Assembly: GCA_965204575.1 (NCBI GenBank)
Contig: OZ241993.1
Location: forward strand, 1,440,001-1,504,000
Length of the DNA stretch: 64,000 nucleotides
Reading direction: 5' to 3'
Source: an uncultured candidatus Porisulfidus sp.
GTDB taxonomy: Bacteria; Pseudomonadota; Gammaproteobacteria; Poriferisulfidales; Poriferisulfidaceae
This document shows positions 13,259 to 22,245 of this stretch, piece after piece. The notes under the pieces were generated by a model that was given only the letters and a program-made list of their open reading frames with translations, did no database searches and was not told where the DNA came from. The number at the start of each line of letters is the position of its first letter. The first letter of the stretch is position 1. The translations under genes and the position numbers were made by a program.

Positions 13259-14665
13259 ATGCACCGAGCCTCCCGCTATCGTCTGTATCCGAACCAGACG
13301 CAGGAGCGGCAGTTCGCGCAGTTGTGCGGGGCCGGGCGGTTCGTCCACAACGAGTTGCTGGCCGACCAGATTCGGGAATACAAGCGTTTCGAGGCCGGCG
13401 AGAGAGACAGGCCGGGGGTTTCGCAGTTTGATTTTGGCCCTCGGTTCACGCGGCTGAGGGCGAAGGAAGGCAACGAGTGGTTGCGGGAACTGTCGTTTCC
13501 CATTGTCCGCAGTTCGGGCGCATTTCCCCTAGCGTCTGCATTCGCGCATTTCTCCCGGCGGATTCGGGAAGGCAAGTGCGGCAAGCAGGCCGGGTTTCCC
13601 CGTTTCAAGGTCAAGGGCGTCAGCCGGGAGTCGTTCACGATCCCATGCGACGTAAAGGTGAAGAAAAAGCGGTTTTGGGTGCCGAAGGTGGGTTGGATCC
13701 GGATGAACCGTAAGGCGCAGTCGCGCACGCGCGGGGCCGACCCCTGGGACGGCGGCGAGGCCAAGGTCGCGGTGGTGTACCGGGAGCTGGACAAGTGGTA
13801 CATATCGGTGTTGTGGGAGGTGGAAGACCCGGACTGGCGCTGGCACGGCGGGGTCTGCGGCATCGATCGCAACTCGGAGAACCTAGCGGGCGCTTGGTGC
13901 GGAGGGCGGAAGCTCATCGAGATTCCGTACGAGCGGATCGGGAAGTACGAGGCGCGGGCCCGGCACTACCAGTGGCGGGCGAGCCACCGGGAGCGGACCG
14001 AACTGAAGGATGCCGACGGGGTGCCAGTGCGAACGAAGTCCGGCCGACCGATCAAGGTGCCCTCGAACCGGCGCCGGCGGCTGCAGTTGCGCGCGGCGAA
14101 GGCGAAGCGCAAGGCGGCGGAGATCCGCAAGGACTTCAGCCATCAGTCCTCGGCGGACCTGGCGCGGAACTTCCAGCACATCGTGCTGGAGGATCTGGAC
14201 GTGCAGGCGATGCGGCGCTCGGCGCGGGGGGCGAAGGAAAAGCCCGGGAAAAACGTCAAGGCGAAGTCCGCGCTGAACCGGAAGATGGCGCAGTCCTCCT
14301 GCATGGGAATGGTGGATCGTTTTCTGAAGTACAAGGCAACGGACCTGATTCGGGTGCCGGCGCGGAACACCAGCCGGGCGTGCGCGGAATGCGGACACGT
14401 GGAGGCGGACAACCGAAAGGAGCAGGCGCACTTCAAGTGCCAGGCCTGCGGACACACGGACCATGCGGACATCAATGCCGCACGAAACATCCTGGACCTG
14501 GGATTGAACAGGCTCCTGACCGGAGGCGCTCCGGTGACGGGACGGGGAGGGGACAACGAAGCGGAGGCATTCTTCTATGAATGCCTAGTGGAGACCGCCG
14601 ATGATCCGTCAACGATGCAGTGGAACTACCGGGGCTCGCCCCCCGACTTCCACACAAAATCGTGA
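13259..14665 (+). CDS. tnpB: RNA-guided endonuclease TnpB family protein
   Basis: N-terminal YRLYPN..Q HTH, GFPRFK, RuvC-I GIDRN, RuvC-II VLEDL, zinc finger CAECG/CQACG, RuvC-III ADINAARNI. Confidence 0.95.
   Translation: MHRASRYRLYPNQTQERQFAQLCGAGRFVHNELLADQIREYKRFEAGERDRPGVSQFDFGPRFTRLRAKEGNEWLRELSFPIVRSSGAFPLASAFAHFSRRIREGKCGKQAGFPRFKVKGVSRESFTIPCDVKVKKKRFWVPKVGWIRMNRKAQSRTRGADPWDGGEAKVAVVYRELDKWYISVLWEVEDPDWRWHGGVCGIDRNSENLAGAWCGGRKLIEIPYERIGKYEARARHYQWRASHRERTELKDADGVPVRTKSGRPIKVPSNRRRRLQLRAAKAKRKAAEIRKDFSHQSSADLARNFQHIVLEDLDVQAMRRSARGAKEKPGKNVKAKSALNRKMAQSSCMGMVDRFLKYKATDLIRVPARNTSRACAECGHVEADNRKEQAHFKCQACGHTDHADINAARNILDLGLNRLLTGGAPVTGRGGDNEAEAFFYECLVETADDPSTMQWNYRGSPPDFHTKS
14516..14632 (+). 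ncRNA. Putative omegaRNA (scaffold 14516-14612 plus guide) overlapping the tnpB 3' end
   Basis: 97-nt block shared with 29571-29667 and 39682-39778; hairpins ACCGGAG/CTCCGGT and AGGCATTC/GAATGCCT; ends in TCAA; true 5' and 3' ends not determinable. Confidence 0.7.
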
Positions 14666-14787
14666 AGCGCCAATTAGGTATAATGCGTCGGCACCCAATT
14701 GGCTATAATGCGCCATCGAGATTTTAGGGATATTCGCGGGGAGCAGATGAGCAAAATATCCGTCTCAAACTTTCGACAAGGCTGGAA

Positions 14788-16647
14788 TTGATGGATACAT
14801 TCCTCTCGCTATTACTGGAACGAGCAAAGAAAAATCCGGACGTCCCGGCTTTTCGGACCAAGCGGATGGGCATCTGGAATCCCACTTCTTGGTCGCAAGC
14901 TCGCGACCAGGTTTCTGTCTTGGCTCAAGCGCTGAGCCAAAGCGGAGTCGGGGCGGGAACGCCAGTCGGAATCTTCGGCCCCAACGCCACCGACTTCTAC
15001 TTGGGTTACCTCGCAGTCCACAGTCTGGGAGGGATCGCGGTGCCAATCGGCTCGAACACGTTTGGCGAGGAACTGAGACAACAGATTGACGGTGCCGATG
15101 TTGAGCACGTTTTTTCGTTTGAGCAGCAGCATGTGGACGCCTTGCTGGAATGCGGGCAGACCTGTGTAAAGAAGATTTTCTACATCAATGGGCGGGGCAT
15201 GGAGAACTACGCCCAGCCCGAGTTGATGGCGCTGTCGGACGCCACGGAAGGGATTGAGGCTTCGACCGCATTTCTGGAACAAATGGAAGAGCAACGGAAT
15301 CCGGAGGAAACCGCGACCATCCTGTTCACCTCCGGCACCGGCCGCTCGGAGCGTCCGGTGGAACTGTCACATGGCGCCCTGATCGCGACGGCCCGCAGCA
15401 TCGCGCGACGTGAGACGATCACCGAGAAGGATGAACTGCTGGCATACCTGCCACTGTCGGTCTCCAGCGATTTCCTGTTCTCCTTTTCGCTGGCCCTGAC
15501 GACCGGCTGTACCCTGAACTGCCCGGAGAGCGACGACACGGTGTTGGAGAACATGCAGGAAATCGGTCCGAGCATCCTGTTCGGCCCGTCCTACGTTTAC
15601 AAGTACATCTACACCCATGCTTCCAACCGGATCGAGAGCGCCCGGTCGTTCGACACCAAGATCTATAAGGCGGCCGTGCGCGCCGTCATGACGGTCGCCT
15701 CGCACCGGGCTGCGGACCAGAAGGGCTCCTTCACTGATTGGCTGCTCTTCATGTTTGCGCGCATCACCACGTTCAGCCCGTTTTGCAATATCTACGGCTT
15801 GAGTCGCTTGCGTCTGGCGCTGACCGGCGGCGACGCGATTGCACCGGACGTGTTCAATTTCTTCCGGGCGATTGGTGTCGACTTGCGTGAGACGTACGGC
15901 CAGGTCGAGGGTTGCGCTTGCGTGACCATGCAATCCTCCGAAGATTGGAATTCGGATTCGGTCGGCTTGCCGCTCGACGGCACGGAAGTGCGTATTGAAA
16001 ATGGCGAAATATGGTTCCGTGGGCCGGGGCAGATGAAGGGGATCTACAAGAATCCGGAGGCAACGGCTGACAGCATCAAGGACGGCTGGGTGCGAACTCA
16101 TGACGCCGGCCACCTGGATGACCAGGGGCGTCTGCACGTGCATGGACAGATCGCCCGTATGGGGACATTGAACGGTGGCGGTGCGTTTGCGCCGGACATG
16201 CTGGAAACCCGTCTGCGTTCGTTCGAATACATCAAGCAGGCCATCGTCATCGGAGACGGGCGGGACTACCCGGTCGCAGTGGTGACGGTTGACGGCACGA
16301 TCACCCGGACCTGGGCGGACCGCCGCAGCCTGCGCTACACGGGTTATGCCGACCTCTCGGCTCACGCCTCGGTGCAGGAGATGGTCCGCGAATATATCCA
16401 GAAAGTCAACGAAGACCTCGCCGAAGATCCAGAAACCTCGAGCATGCAATTCCGCCGCTTCGCCATCCTGAACCGCGAATTCATGGCCTCAGCCGGCGAG
16501 GTGACGCCAACCCGGAAATTGCGTTGCCATGAAGTGGAGGAGAAGCACCGGGGGTTGATCGACGCGCTGTACAGCGACGCGTTGGAGTACACTTATACGG
16601 ACCCGGTGGACGAGGAATCCTACACCGTACCTTTGGGGAACGTTTGA
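14788..16647 (+). CDS. AMP-binding long-chain acyl-CoA ligase-like protein
   Basis: ILFTSGT, ETYGQVE, GEVTPTRKLR; heads a LIV-type ABC operon; several motifs degenerate. Confidence 0.8.
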   Translation: MMDTFLSLLLERAKKNPDVPAFRTKRMGIWNPTSWSQARDQVSVLAQALSQSGVGAGTPVGIFGPNATDFYLGYLAVHSLGGIAVPIGSNTFGEELRQQIDGADVEHVFSFEQQHVDALLECGQTCVKKIFYINGRGMENYAQPELMALSDATEGIEASTAFLEQMEEQRNPEETATILFTSGTGRSERPVELSHGALIATARSIARRETITEKDELLAYLPLSVSSDFLFSFSLALTTGCTLNCPESDDTVLENMQEIGPSILFGPSYVYKYIYTHASNRIESARSFDTKIYKAAVRAVMTVASHRAADQKGSFTDWLLFMFARITTFSPFCNIYGLSRLRLALTGGDAIAPDVFNFFRAIGVDLRETYGQVEGCACVTMQSSEDWNSDSVGLPLDGTEVRIENGEIWFRGPGQMKGIYKNPEATADSIKDGWVRTHDAGHLDDQGRLHVHGQIARMGTLNGGGAFAPDMLETRLRSFEYIKQAIVIGDGRDYPVAVVTVDGTITRTWADRRSLRYTGYADLSAHASVQEMVREYIQKVNEDLAEDPETSSMQFRRFAILNREFMASAGEVTPTRKLRCHEVEEKHRGLIDALYSDALEYTYTDPVDEESYTVPLGNV

Positions 16648-16648
16648 G

Positions 16649-17425
16649 ATGGCCGCTGGAAACCCGATCCTGCAAATTGACAACATCACTCTGGCGTTCG
16701 GCGGCGTGACCGCGCTGAACGGCATCAGTTTCGATGTGGCGGAGGGCGAGATCTGTGCCGTCATCGGACCCAACGGCGCCGGCAAGAGTTCCATGCTGAA
16801 CGTCATCAACGGGGTCTATGTCCCACAGGAAGGCCGAGTCGTCTTCAAGGGGCAGGACTGTACCAAGATGCGCCCGCGGCAGATCGCCCAGTTGGGCATG
16901 GCCCGGACGTTCCAGAACATCGGGCTTTTCCAGGGCATGACCGTGCTGGAGAACATCCTGACCGGCCGCTGCATGAAGATCCGCTCCACCTGGATCGAGC
17001 AGGGTCTGAACATTGGCCGGGCCCGCCGCGAAGAGGTGGAAAATCGCAAGGCGGTCGAGGAAGTCATCGAATTCCTGCACCTGCAGGGCATCCGCAAGAC
17101 ACCGGTCGGCAAGTTGCCGTACGGCCTGCAGAAGCGTGTCGAGCTGGCCCGGGCACTGGTAGCCGAACCGACCATGCTGCTGCAGGACGAGCCGATGACT
17201 GGCATGAACCTGGAAGAGAAGAAGGACATGTCTTGCTTCGCGCTTGAGATCAACCGCGAGTACGGGACCACCATCGTTCTGATCGAGCATGACATGAGCG
17301 TGGTGATGGACATTTCCGACCACGTGGTGGTGCTGGACTATGGCGCGAAAATCGGGGATGGCTCTCCGGACGAAGTCAAGAACAACCAAGATGTAATTGA
17401 TGCCTATCTGGGCGTGACGCACTGA
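16649..17425 (+). CDS. ABC transporter ATP-binding protein (LivG-like)
   Basis: GPNGAGKS, ARTFQN, QKRVELARAL, IEHDM. Confidence 0.92.
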   Translation: MAAGNPILQIDNITLAFGGVTALNGISFDVAEGEICAVIGPNGAGKSSMLNVINGVYVPQEGRVVFKGQDCTKMRPRQIAQLGMARTFQNIGLFQGMTVLENILTGRCMKIRSTWIEQGLNIGRARREEVENRKAVEEVIEFLHLQGIRKTPVGKLPYGLQKRVELARALVAEPTMLLQDEPMTGMNLEEKKDMSCFALEINREYGTTIVLIEHDMSVVMDISDHVVVLDYGAKIGDGSPDEVKNNQDVIDAYLGVTH

Positions 17426-17436
17426 GGGAAACGAGC

Positions 17437-18378
17437 ATGGGTTTCGACTGGGTCTTTTTCACTGAGTTGATCGTCGGCGGATTGATGTCCGGCGTCATGT
17501 ACTCGTTGGTGGCGATCGGCTTCGTATTGATCTACAAGTCCTCCGGGATTTTCAATTTCGCGCAGGGCACCATGCTGCTGTTCGCGGCGCTGACTTTCGT
17601 CAAGCTAACCGAGGGCAGCGTGAATTTCTGGGTGGCACTGTCCGTCTCGACGGGCACCATGGTGGTGTTCGGGATTCTCGTGGAGCGATTCATGATGCGC
17701 CCGCTGGCCAACCAGTCGCTGCTGTCGCTGTTCATGGCAACGGTCGGTCTGGCGATCTTGATCGAAGGCTTGGCCCAATACATGTGGGACTCCGCAATCC
17801 ACGGCCTGCAGTTGGCCGACTTCCTGGACCTGGCGCTGCTGGATCCGGTCAACATGACGATTTTCGTCGTTGATTACATTGAATGGCTGGACATTCTGAT
17901 ATCCAAGTTCGACATCTTTGCCACGATCGTGGCGGGCACCATGATTTTGATCTTGGCCGTCTTCTTCCAGAAGACCCGGACCGGAATGTCGCTGCGCGCT
18001 GTCTCCGACGACCACTTGGCCGCCATGGCGGTGGGCATCCCATTGTCCCGGGTGTGGGCCTTGGTCTGGGCCGTGACCGGCATCATCGCACTGATCGCGG
18101 GCCTGCTGTGGGCTGAACGGGTCAGTGTGTCGTTCACGCTGGTGGAAGCGGTACTCAAGGCGTTGCCGGTGATTCTGATTGGCGGCCTGACTTCGATTCC
18201 CGGCGCTATCGTCGGCGGCCTGATCATCGGGGTTGGTGAAAAACTGGGCGAGATTTATCTGGGCGACTTGATAGGCGTGCAGGGCATTGAAACCTGGTTC
18301 TCTTATTTCATCGCGCTGGTCTTCCTACTGTTTAGGCCATCTGGATTGTTTGGCCTGAAAACCATCGAGCGAGTCTAG
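17437..18378 (+). CDS. Branched-chain amino acid-type ABC permease (LivH-like)
   Basis: YSLVAIGFVLIY..SGIFNFAQG, GGLTSIPGA, LLFRPSGLFG. Confidence 0.9.
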   Translation: MGFDWVFFTELIVGGLMSGVMYSLVAIGFVLIYKSSGIFNFAQGTMLLFAALTFVKLTEGSVNFWVALSVSTGTMVVFGILVERFMMRPLANQSLLSLFMATVGLAILIEGLAQYMWDSAIHGLQLADFLDLALLDPVNMTIFVVDYIEWLDILISKFDIFATIVAGTMILILAVFFQKTRTGMSLRAVSDDHLAAMAVGIPLSRVWALVWAVTGIIALIAGLLWAERVSVSFTLVEAVLKALPVILIGGLTSIPGAIVGGLIIGVGEKLGEIYLGDLIGVQGIETWFSYFIALVFLLFRPSGLFGLKTIERV

Positions 18379-18380
18379 CC

Positions 18381-19472
18381 ATGATTTATCGCGAAACCGG
18401 CACGTTCATTACCAGTTATATCGAGGATCGGAAGCTCTTTCCGATTCCTTTCGACAAATGGGCGATGGCCGTGTTCATGCTGTTCATGGTCTTCGTCGTG
18501 CCCTTTATCGCCAGCGACTATTGGCTGGCAGCCCACTTGATTCCGATCCTGGCCTACGGCACCGCCGCACTCGGCCTGAACCTTCTCACCGGCATGACCG
18601 GGCAGTTGTCGCTCGGCACGGCCGGCTTCATGTGCTTTGGCGCATTCTTCACATTCAACATCATGTTGCGCAGCCCGGAGTGGATGAATCTGCCACTGGC
18701 GATGATCCTGGCAGGTTCGGTGACCGGCGTGATCGGCATCATCTTCGGCCTGCCCAGCATCCGAATCAAAGGCTTCTACCTGCTGGTATCGACATTGGCG
18801 GCGCAGTACTTCGCGCTGTGGTTCTTCCGCTCCTATCCGTACTTCCTGAACTATGCGACTGCCACGGTCACCCTGCCGGACCATCACTTCAACTTGTTCG
18901 GGATCGGGGAGACCTTCAACGTGGACATGGCCAGCTTCGAGGCCAAGTACCTGCTGTCACTTGGCATTGTCACTGCGCTTGCGCTATTTGCCAAAAACCT
19001 GATGCGAAGTGCGACCGGACGGAACTTCATGGCGATCCGCGACATGGACATCGCGGCCAGCGTGATTGGCATCCCGGTGATACGCACCAAGATGCTGGCG
19101 TTCTTTGTCAGTTGTTTCTATTGCGGCGTGGGTGGGGCACTATTCTGCTATGCCTATCTGCAGGTGTTGGGAATCCGCACCTTCGAGATGAACCGCTCGT
19201 TCGAGATCCTGTTCATGGCGATCATCGGCGGGCTCGGCTCGATTGCGGGATCGTTCTACGGCACCGTCCTGGTGTACGAATTTCCGATCCTCTTTTCCTG
19301 GGCGGGCGACTACCTGTTCAAAGGGGCCTTTGATACCGCAGTGGTGGACAATGTCGCCAAGATCACGTATGGCATCCTGATTATCGCGTTGCTGATTCGC
19401 GAGCCGGGTGGACTGGCCGCATTGTGGGCAACGGCGAAGCAGAAATTGCGAACTTGGCCATTTCCGCACTGA
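18381..19472 (+). CDS. Branched-chain amino acid-type ABC permease (LivM-like)
   Basis: GLNLLTGMTGQLSLG, GRNFMAIRD, IIGGLGS. Confidence 0.9.
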   Translation: MIYRETGTFITSYIEDRKLFPIPFDKWAMAVFMLFMVFVVPFIASDYWLAAHLIPILAYGTAALGLNLLTGMTGQLSLGTAGFMCFGAFFTFNIMLRSPEWMNLPLAMILAGSVTGVIGIIFGLPSIRIKGFYLLVSTLAAQYFALWFFRSYPYFLNYATATVTLPDHHFNLFGIGETFNVDMASFEAKYLLSLGIVTALALFAKNLMRSATGRNFMAIRDMDIAASVIGIPVIRTKMLAFFVSCFYCGVGGALFCYAYLQVLGIRTFEMNRSFEILFMAIIGGLGSIAGSFYGTVLVYEFPILFSWAGDYLFKGAFDTAVVDNVAKITYGILIIALLIREPGGLAALWATAKQKLRTWPFPH

Positions 19473-19646
19473 CGTGCGCCGGGGCCGCAAAGACAAAATC
19501 TAACCTATTGATTTTCAAGAACTACTCCCAAATCTCTCTCAGAGCACTTGCTAAAAGGGAAGTTTGGGTGTACAAAGGGGCTTGCTGAAAAGCAGTTAAC
19601 TGCAAGCCATAACTAAAAAGCCTCTTATAGGAGGGCAAAAGAAATT

Positions 19647-20993
19647 ATGAAAACCAAAATTTGGATAACGGGTCTCGCTATGGCCACCGCCATGTCTGCG
19701 ACCGCTCCAGTGATGGCCGAAGGGGACGTCTACATCCCCATGCCGGTCTATCGAGTGGGGCCGTACGCAACGGGTGGCACCGGCTACTTCGGTGGAATCA
19801 TCGATTACTACACATTGATGAACATGACCGAAGGCGGTGTTGGTGGCATGAATATCATCTGGAATGAGTGTGAGACCAACTACAACGACCAAAAGGGCGT
19901 GGAGTGCTATCACCGGCAGAAAGAATTCCAGGGCAAGCAAGCTCTGTTCTTCGATCCTCTGTCCGTGGGTATCTCCACTTCTCTAGTCGCGCAGGGCCGT
20001 AAGGATAAGATTGCCATCATCGCAGTCAACCACGGCCGTACCGAAGGTCAGCGTGGTGACGTCTTCCCGTACTACTTCATGCCAGGTATTAACACCTATG
20101 ACGAGCATTCCATCATCACCGCCTACATCGGCGAGTTGGAAGGCGGCATGGAGAATCTGGCGGGCAAGAAGATCGTCCTACTGTTCCACGGTTCCACTTA
20201 TGGCCGTGAGGCAGTTGAGTTCACGCACATGCTTTGCGAGAAGCACAATTGCTCATCTGAAGCGATCGAAGTTCCCCATCCGGGCAACGAGCAGACTTCA
20301 CAGTGGCTGAAAATCCGCCGCTCGAAGCCTGACTACGTGGTGCTGCGTGGCTGGGGTGTGATGAATCCGGTTGCCATGCAGACTGGTGTCCGCATGGGCT
20401 TCCCGATTTCCAACCTGATCGGCAACATCTGGAGCAACGACGACGGTGACGTCAAGCCGGCTGGCTCTTCCGCCAACGGTTACCAGGCCATTACCACGCA
20501 CCCGACGGGTCGTGTGGCTAAGGTGATTGACGAGATCGTGGCAAAGCTGTATGACCAAGGCAAGGGTGACCTCGAAGATAAATCCCGTATTGGTTCCAAC
20601 TACTGGAACCTCGGCGTGATGGCTGGTGTCATCCACCTAGAGGCGGTTCGCGTTGCACAGGCTCGTTTCGGGGCTGATGTCAACTCCGCTCAGGTGCGCT
20701 GGGGCTTTGAGAACCTGAACCTGGATACTGCACGCCTGACCGAGTTGGGCGCTAACGGTCTGGTTCCGGAAATCATCACCAACTGCATGGACCATGTAGG
20801 CGGCCACCAGGCCAAGTTCATGCGTTGGGTATATGCCGAGACGAAGTGGGAAGTCGCAAGTGACTGGATTGATGGTGACGTTGAGCTTTCTCAAGCCATC
20901 ATCGATGCCAAGGCAGAAAATGCAATCGAGAACGAGGGGATTACCCCGCGTGATTGCAACGATCCTGCACAGCGCGACGACTTCGACGTCTAA
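19647..20993 (+). CDS. ABC transporter substrate-binding protein (LIV type)
   Basis: Signal peptide ending VMA, YRVGPYA..G, ECET.Y....GVECY; strong RBS AGGAGG. Confidence 0.88.
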   Translation: MKTKIWITGLAMATAMSATAPVMAEGDVYIPMPVYRVGPYATGGTGYFGGIIDYYTLMNMTEGGVGGMNIIWNECETNYNDQKGVECYHRQKEFQGKQALFFDPLSVGISTSLVAQGRKDKIAIIAVNHGRTEGQRGDVFPYYFMPGINTYDEHSIITAYIGELEGGMENLAGKKIVLLFHGSTYGREAVEFTHMLCEKHNCSSEAIEVPHPGNEQTSQWLKIRRSKPDYVVLRGWGVMNPVAMQTGVRMGFPISNLIGNIWSNDDGDVKPAGSSANGYQAITTHPTGRVAKVIDEIVAKLYDQGKGDLEDKSRIGSNYWNLGVMAGVIHLEAVRVAQARFGADVNSAQVRWGFENLNLDTARLTELGANGLVPEIITNCMDHVGGHQAKFMRWVYAETKWEVASDWIDGDVELSQAIIDAKAENAIENEGITPRDCNDPAQRDDFDV

Positions 20994-21019
20994 TCGAAGC
21001 GGTATGCATTCAGAGGAAC

Positions 21020-21039
21020 GGCGGGGGGCAACCCCCGCC
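21020..21039 (+). other. GC-rich GNRA-loop hairpin after the substrate-binding gene (no U tract)
   Basis: GGCGGGGG-GCAA-CCCCCGCC. Confidence 0.55.
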
Positions 21040-21144
21040 CGACCTCTTCCCTCTAGAGGGGCGATTTGTAGAAAAGGTTGCCTCTGACGCCAAGCGTGTT
21101 CCGCTTCGCCTCAGACCCAGCCCCACACAACTGGAGCTAGAATC

Positions 21145-21951
21145 ATGACTGATGTCTTGCTTTCCATCAACAATATTGAAGTTACTTACGCCCGCGTGAT
21201 TCTGGCCTTGCGCGGCATCAGCCTGCAGGTAAAGAAGGGCGCCATCGTTTCGTTGCTGGGCGCCAACGGAGCCGGCAAGACGACAACCCTCAAGGCATGC
21301 TCCAACTTGTTGCCGGCTGAACGCGGCGAGATCAGCAAGGGTTCGATTGAGCTTCTCGGTGAAGATACCGCGGGAATGAGTGCATATGATCTGGTGAAAA
21401 GCGGCGTTTCACAGGTGTTGGAGGGGCGGCACTGCTTCTCGCATCTAACGGTGGAAGAGAACCTGATGACCGGCTCATTCATCCACGAAGACCGTGCGCA
21501 GGCGAAAAAGGATCTGGAACTGGTCTACGAATACTTCCCTCGCATCAAAGTGCGCAGGAAAAGTGAAGCCGGTTTCACCTCCGGCGGCGAGCAGCAGATG
21601 GTCGCCATTGGCCGGGCCTTGATGTCGCGACCGAAACTTATTCTGCTTGACGAACCGTCGATGGGTATTGCTCCTCAGTTGGTTGAAGAAGTGTTCGAAA
21701 TCGTACAAAACCTCAACAAGAACGAAGGGGTGAGCTTCCTGGTTGCCGAGCAGAATGCCCGGATCGCGCTCAAGTACGCAACTGAAGCCTATGTGGTTGA
21801 AAACGGGCGCGTCATGCTGCGTGGGCCTTCCGAGGAACTGATGGGGCGGGCCGACGTGCAGGAGTTGTATTTGGGATCTGGTGCCGACGAAGGCGGCGAA
21901 AGTTTCCGCGACGTCAAGCACTACCACCGCCGGCGGCCCTCGTTCGCCTGA
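21145..21951 (+). CDS. ABC transporter ATP-binding protein (LivF-like)
   Basis: GANGAGKTT, SGGEQQM, LLDEPSMG, EQNA. Confidence 0.92.
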   Translation: MTDVLLSINNIEVTYARVILALRGISLQVKKGAIVSLLGANGAGKTTTLKACSNLLPAERGEISKGSIELLGEDTAGMSAYDLVKSGVSQVLEGRHCFSHLTVEENLMTGSFIHEDRAQAKKDLELVYEYFPRIKVRRKSEAGFTSGGEQQMVAIGRALMSRPKLILLDEPSMGIAPQLVEEVFEIVQNLNKNEGVSFLVAEQNARIALKYATEAYVVENGRVMLRGPSEELMGRADVQELYLGSGADEGGESFRDVKHYHRRRPSFA

Positions 21952-22049
21952 TTTGGAGTCTCCTGCGACCCTGCGAGCAGGTATTTGCCGATTCTCATTG
22001 GCGGAAAAATCGAAAATGGGTTATTCTAGAGGCCGTACCGACTGACACC

Positions 22050-22139
22050 ATGATTAAAAGTTCGTACGATTTCCATTACCCCGACACGGTTTCGCACCGT
22101 GTTGCTTTGCTTCGGTCTGCTTTCCTGCTGCCGCGATAG
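22050..22139 (+). promoter_or_regulatory. Putative leucine-sensing leader peptide (29 aa) upstream of leuA
   Basis: MIKSSYDFHYPDTVSHRVALLRSAFLLPR*, four Leu codons clustered near the stop. Confidence 0.5.
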
Positions 22140-22245
22140 CGGCAGAACCACACGACTCTACAACCGATTCGGCGCGTAAAACGCCTAAACCAGTTGACCC
22201 AATGCCCCCGCAATAGTGGGGCCAAAGCCAAGGGAAGATCCAGAA

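Larger units (their letters stand above)
13214..14671 (+). mobile_element. Non-autonomous TIR-bounded element carrying only tnpB (copy 1, 1458 bp)
   Basis: 24-bp imperfect inverted repeats at 13214-13237 and 14648-14671 (19/24); flanking 8-bp direct repeat AATTAGGA/AATTAGGT; homology to copy 2 stops at these ends. Confidence 0.85.

Noticed and set aside
13259-14665. TnpB as a Cas12 effector or a nuclease-dead repressor
   Set aside because: No CRISPR array or cas genes are visible in the window, and all three RuvC acidic residues (D, E, D) are present.
21011-21086. Hairpin region as a REP/MITE or terminator
   Set aside because: No second copy was seen and there is no U tract; best explained as an intra-operon stability hairpin.
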